DNA of 64,000 nucleotides from an uncultured Alphaproteobacteria bacterium (GTDB lineage Bacteria; Pseudomonadota; Alphaproteobacteria; Paracaedibacterales; CAITNM01): NCBI GenBank assembly GCA_903874955.1, contig CAIQTY010000051.1, positions 2,686 to 66,685 of the forward strand, read 5' to 3'. Shown piece by piece: positions 60,934 to 64,000 of this stretch (position 1 is its first letter; each line of letters starts with the position of its first letter). The notes under the pieces were generated by a model. It saw only the letters and a program-made list of their open reading frames with translations, ran no database searches and was not told where the DNA came from. The position numbers and the translations under genes were made by a program.

Positions 60934-60960
60934 GCCCACTAATTTTTAGTGGGCATTTTT
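60934..60960 (+). terminator. rho-independent terminator after rplT
   Basis: GCCCACT-aattttt-AGTGGGC hairpin followed by ATTTTT. Confidence 0.75.
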
Positions 60961-61027
60961 AATGTTTTATTAATTCCTTTTTGCTTAAATAAACCTAGGT
61001 TAGAAATTCTTGACTTAGGGCTAATTT

Positions 61028-63394
61028 ATGAAAAAAAGGTTACTGTTTTCCCTGTTATTGGGGTCTGCGTTTGTTTTGATGAATGATTTGTATGCAGAAA
61101 AAGATGCTGAAGTTCCAGAGGATAAAGCTGTAAAAGTAGATAAAGAACCTGGTGCATCTACAGCGGATAAAAAAGATCCAGCAGTCGAGAAGTCCACTGA
61201 GGCAAAACCTGCTGAAGAACAAAAAAAATATGAAGTAGTTGTATATTCATCAAATGATGGCAAAACATATACTAAAGAGGCTGCCAAAAAACAAATTTCT
61301 TTTTATAAAAAAAACGATAAAACAATTTACCAAAAAATTCCTGTAATGGATTCGGCAATTACTCAGGATATGCCAGATACTGTACTAAATGGAAAAGGCG
61401 GTAAACACCATTCTGGGCCATATGTTCCTGGTGTGGATAGTTTGCCTGAAGGTTACACGTTTGTTAACGTTTGGGTTAAGATTGATAAAGGTAATCAAGA
61501 TCAAAAAAATAATCCAAAATTTGAAAATTTAAAAGGTATAGCTGGCAGTGGTGATATAGTTATTGCTAATGCAGAAGAACTTCTTGATAAAAAAGAAGGT
61601 GGTGATCCAGAAGCCCTTGTTTTGCAAATTGAAGGTGCACAAAAAAACATAGACGCAACAATAGAAGGTTATAATATACCTGCTGATCACTACTGGGCAT
61701 TAATGAATGAAAAAGGTGAAATATTTATTCCTGAAGTAAAAATCCCTGATCAAGCAAAAGATTTTCTTCAGGAGGCGAAGTATAGCCAAGATGGTGTAAC
61801 TGTCCTAAAAGATCAAGCATTCACTAGGTACTACGAGATTCCAGATGTTGAAAATACAAAAAAACTCCAAGACCTGCAAACAAAACTTGATGAAGTCTCA
61901 AAACAACTTGAAGAAGCAAAAGCCAAGGGTGGCAGTGCAGATCCTAAAGAAGTAGAGGAATTAAAAGCTCAAATAGAACAATTAAAGAAAGATGGTGCAA
62001 GCAAAGCAGCAGTTCCAGTAAACCCGAATGCAGCACAGTCGGGAACTTTGATGGTTGATGGAATGGGCTTTACGCTTTTGAGCAATACTCAACTAGTAAA
62101 AGAGAATCCAGAATTATTTGCAAAATTAAAAATTGAGCTTGCAACATTTGCGAAGGGGATGCCTAAGGCCTTTACTGAGCTTTGTTCTTTAGCTCTTGTT
62201 GATGAAGGTATTGATGATAAAGGAAAGCCGAAGGGGCACTTTAGAGTCGTTAAAATTCAAAAAACATTTAAAGATGAAGCTCAAAAAAGTAACACTGTAG
62301 TAGCAGAATTTCTTTTTGCAAGCGATACAGATTATCAGCAGGCTCATCGATATGTGATGAATCAAAAACAAAGATATTACCATCATGAAAATGACCTAAA
62401 AACTACTGCAGAGCGAAGTAAGGTTGTTACTGAAGGATTATCAGTCTCACTTGATGAGCACAACGATAAAGCTGCTGAGTTAAATGCTACATTGGCTCAG
62501 GCAGCTGCAGAACATGAAGCACAAACTCAAGCTCTAACTGCTGTGTTGAATCAAAAAGCGCAAGAAGCAGAAATTGCGAAACAACAAGCAGCAGCAGTTG
62601 CAGCGCAAGCGAATCAGATTATTGCTGCAAAGGATGCTCAGCTAGAGCAAGAAAAGCAAAAGACAGAAGCTGTCATTGCTCAAGTGGGTGAAATTGTCAA
62701 TGAAGAAAAACAAAAAGCTGATCGGGCAAAAGAGGATGCTGAAAATAGTAAACAAGCTCTAGTTTCAACTATTGAGACACTTGAACAAACGACTAAGAAA
62801 GCAGCTGCAACTGAAGCAGCTTTAGAAGAGACTGCTCAAGAAAAAGATAATGCAGCAGCACTTGCCAAAGCTGCTCAGGAAGCAGCGGCGCTTGCAAGTC
62901 AACAAACCCAAGATTTAGCAGCTCAAGCTCAAGCACTACTTAATAATGCTGAGGTTGAAAAAGCGAATTTAGCTGGTCAAGTTAAAGTAGCAGAAGCGAA
63001 GACTGATGCTGCAAATACTCAGGCTGAGCAGGCAAAAGTAGCTGCAGACAAAGCTGAGGAAGATAAGGCAAAGTTGACCAATATAGTTGCTCAAGCGACC
63101 GCGTCTGCCTCAAATGTAGCGGCTGCACCAGTTGCTCCAACAGAAGCGAGTGGTTCGCCAGAAGCAGTAAAACCAGCCGCAGGTGCTCCAGTGGCTCCAA
63201 CTGAAAATAACGTGACACCCAATTCACCAGACTCAAGTTCATTAAAACCTGCTGATGATTTAACGCTGCAAGAACTAACAAAAAAAGCTCCCCAAAGTCT
63301 TTCAAAATCTTTATATAATGCTTTAACAAAATCGAAACCAGACGCCGCAGTTGTTCCAACTGCGCCCGTGGATTCCTCAGCTCCTGCTGCATAA
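61028..63394 (+). CDS. large secreted or surface protein with an N-terminal globular region and an Ala/Gln/Glu-rich coiled-coil C-terminal half
   Basis: Leader MKKRLLFSLLLGSAFVLMNDLYA. About 300 aa of A/Q/E/K heptad-like sequence (AQAAAEHEAQTQALTAVLNQKAQEAEIAKQQAAAVAAQ...), then a Pro/Ala-rich tail. Confidence 0.65.
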   Translation: MKKRLLFSLLLGSAFVLMNDLYAEKDAEVPEDKAVKVDKEPGASTADKKDPAVEKSTEAKPAEEQKKYEVVVYSSNDGKTYTKEAAKKQISFYKKNDKTIYQKIPVMDSAITQDMPDTVLNGKGGKHHSGPYVPGVDSLPEGYTFVNVWVKIDKGNQDQKNNPKFENLKGIAGSGDIVIANAEELLDKKEGGDPEALVLQIEGAQKNIDATIEGYNIPADHYWALMNEKGEIFIPEVKIPDQAKDFLQEAKYSQDGVTVLKDQAFTRYYEIPDVENTKKLQDLQTKLDEVSKQLEEAKAKGGSADPKEVEELKAQIEQLKKDGASKAAVPVNPNAAQSGTLMVDGMGFTLLSNTQLVKENPELFAKLKIELATFAKGMPKAFTELCSLALVDEGIDDKGKPKGHFRVVKIQKTFKDEAQKSNTVVAEFLFASDTDYQQAHRYVMNQKQRYYHHENDLKTTAERSKVVTEGLSVSLDEHNDKAAELNATLAQAAAEHEAQTQALTAVLNQKAQEAEIAKQQAAAVAAQANQIIAAKDAQLEQEKQKTEAVIAQVGEIVNEEKQKADRAKEDAENSKQALVSTIETLEQTTKKAAATEAALEETAQEKDNAAALAKAAQEAAALASQQTQDLAAQAQALLNNAEVEKANLAGQVKVAEAKTDAANTQAEQAKVAADKAEEDKAKLTNIVAQATASASNVAAAPVAPTEASGSPEAVKPAAGAPVAPTENNVTPNSPDSSSLKPADDLTLQELTKKAPQSLSKSLYNALTKSKPDAAVVPTAPVDSSAPAA

Positions 63395-63416
63395 CCAAAA
63401 GTTCTAATAAAAAAAG

Positions 63417-63443
63417 CACGTTCTGTTCAGAGCGTGTTTTTTT
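63417..63443 (+). terminator. rho-independent terminator
   Basis: CACGTTCTG-tt-CAGAGCGTG stem (one G-U pair) followed by T7. Confidence 0.7.
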
Positions 63444-63604
63444 AGTATAGATCAAATCGTCTTCATCCAAACGATGCGATATTCCTATACCCACATAAAA
63501 CGATAGAACTTTATTTTATCTTTTTTAAAAAAGGGGGGTTTATTTTTTTAATTTGGTGGAGAACACTTGATGGGTAAGTATTATTTTTCTCTAGGAGTTT
63601 CTGA

Positions 63605-64000
63605 ATGAAGTCATCCCTAAAATTTACGACCATTGCTTTATTACTAAGTAGCGTTTTATTGGTTCCAAGCCTAAGCGCGTCATCAGCATCAGCTTCTTCT
63701 GTATCAGGAAGTTTAACTGATCAGCTTTCAAATCCAGAACACTTTAAACGCTATGCAAATACAGAAGAGGGTAGACGATCCTTCATCACAGATGTTACTG
63801 CTGGTGACAGCGATATACCTCATGTTCAAATACGCAATGCTCTGGCTAAGGGACTCCCTTTAAGTTCTTTAACTAAACAATTCTTAGAAAGTGCATTGAC
63901 GCAAGCTAACAAACAACAAAAAAAAATGATATCTTTTGCCTTAGGAGTAGTAGAAGGGAGTATTACTTTACGAGAGCAAATTAGTCCCCTAAATCAACAG
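63605..64000 (+). CDS. hypothetical secreted protein, 5' partial (runs off the window end)
   Basis: ATG at 63605. Leader MKSSLKFTTIALLLSSVLLVPSLSA. 132 codons are open to the end of the window. It is absent from the ORF track because no stop lies within the window. Confidence 0.55.
   Translation, partial: MKSSLKFTTIALLLSSVLLVPSLSASSASASSVSGSLTDQLSNPEHFKRYANTEEGRRSFITDVTAGDSDIPHVQIRNALAKGLPLSSLTKQFLESALTQANKQQKKMISFALGVVEGSITLREQISPLNQQ

Overview
This is a 64-kb chromosomal window that looks AT-rich by eye and reads like a host-associated alphaproteobacterium. The housekeeping genes include GroES/GroEL behind a CIRCE operator, UvrB, DapB, Rpe, LpxB, L35/L20, a CenR/OmpR-like two-component pair, BolA and an alphaproteobacterial-type 'host attachment' protein. 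These housekeeping blocks are interleaved with three stretches of accessory material. (i) 14.8-18.4 kb and 23.2-38 kb hold two paralogous Sec-leader subtilases plus the 3' stub of a third, a Fic-like remnant and an IS982-like remnant. The same stretch holds a TIR protein with a SARM1-type W-x-x-K-E motif, a TIR/NB-ARC/helical-repeat STAND protein, a LuxR-HTH/TM/NB-ARC/TPR protein, and a Sel1-repeat protein that ends in a YoeB-like RNase domain. (ii) 40.8-44.2 kb is an isolated T6SS module in which TssB and TssC are fused in frame into one 642-aa ORF, followed by a divergent Hcp, TssE and an unknown 118-aa ORF. (iii) 53.7-56.0 kb is a 2.3-kb segment bounded by 14-bp perfect inverted repeats and an abutting 8-bp direct repeat. 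It contains a frameshifted, truncated ISAs1-type transposase, the 3' stub of an emrB paralogue, and a secreted poly-Ser protein ending in a HicA-like domain, with a 143-bp near-identical orphan copy of that domain just upstream. The window also carries a DNA-repair set: an FeS (6-4)-photolyase-like gene, an untracked DUF2256 mini-ORF, a second photolyase, Ada plus an AlkD-like gene, and AlkB. Many ORFs are Sec-leader ORFans. I saw no rRNA, tRNA or CRISPR array by eye. All domain calls come from motif recognition in the supplied translations and sequence, not from database searches.
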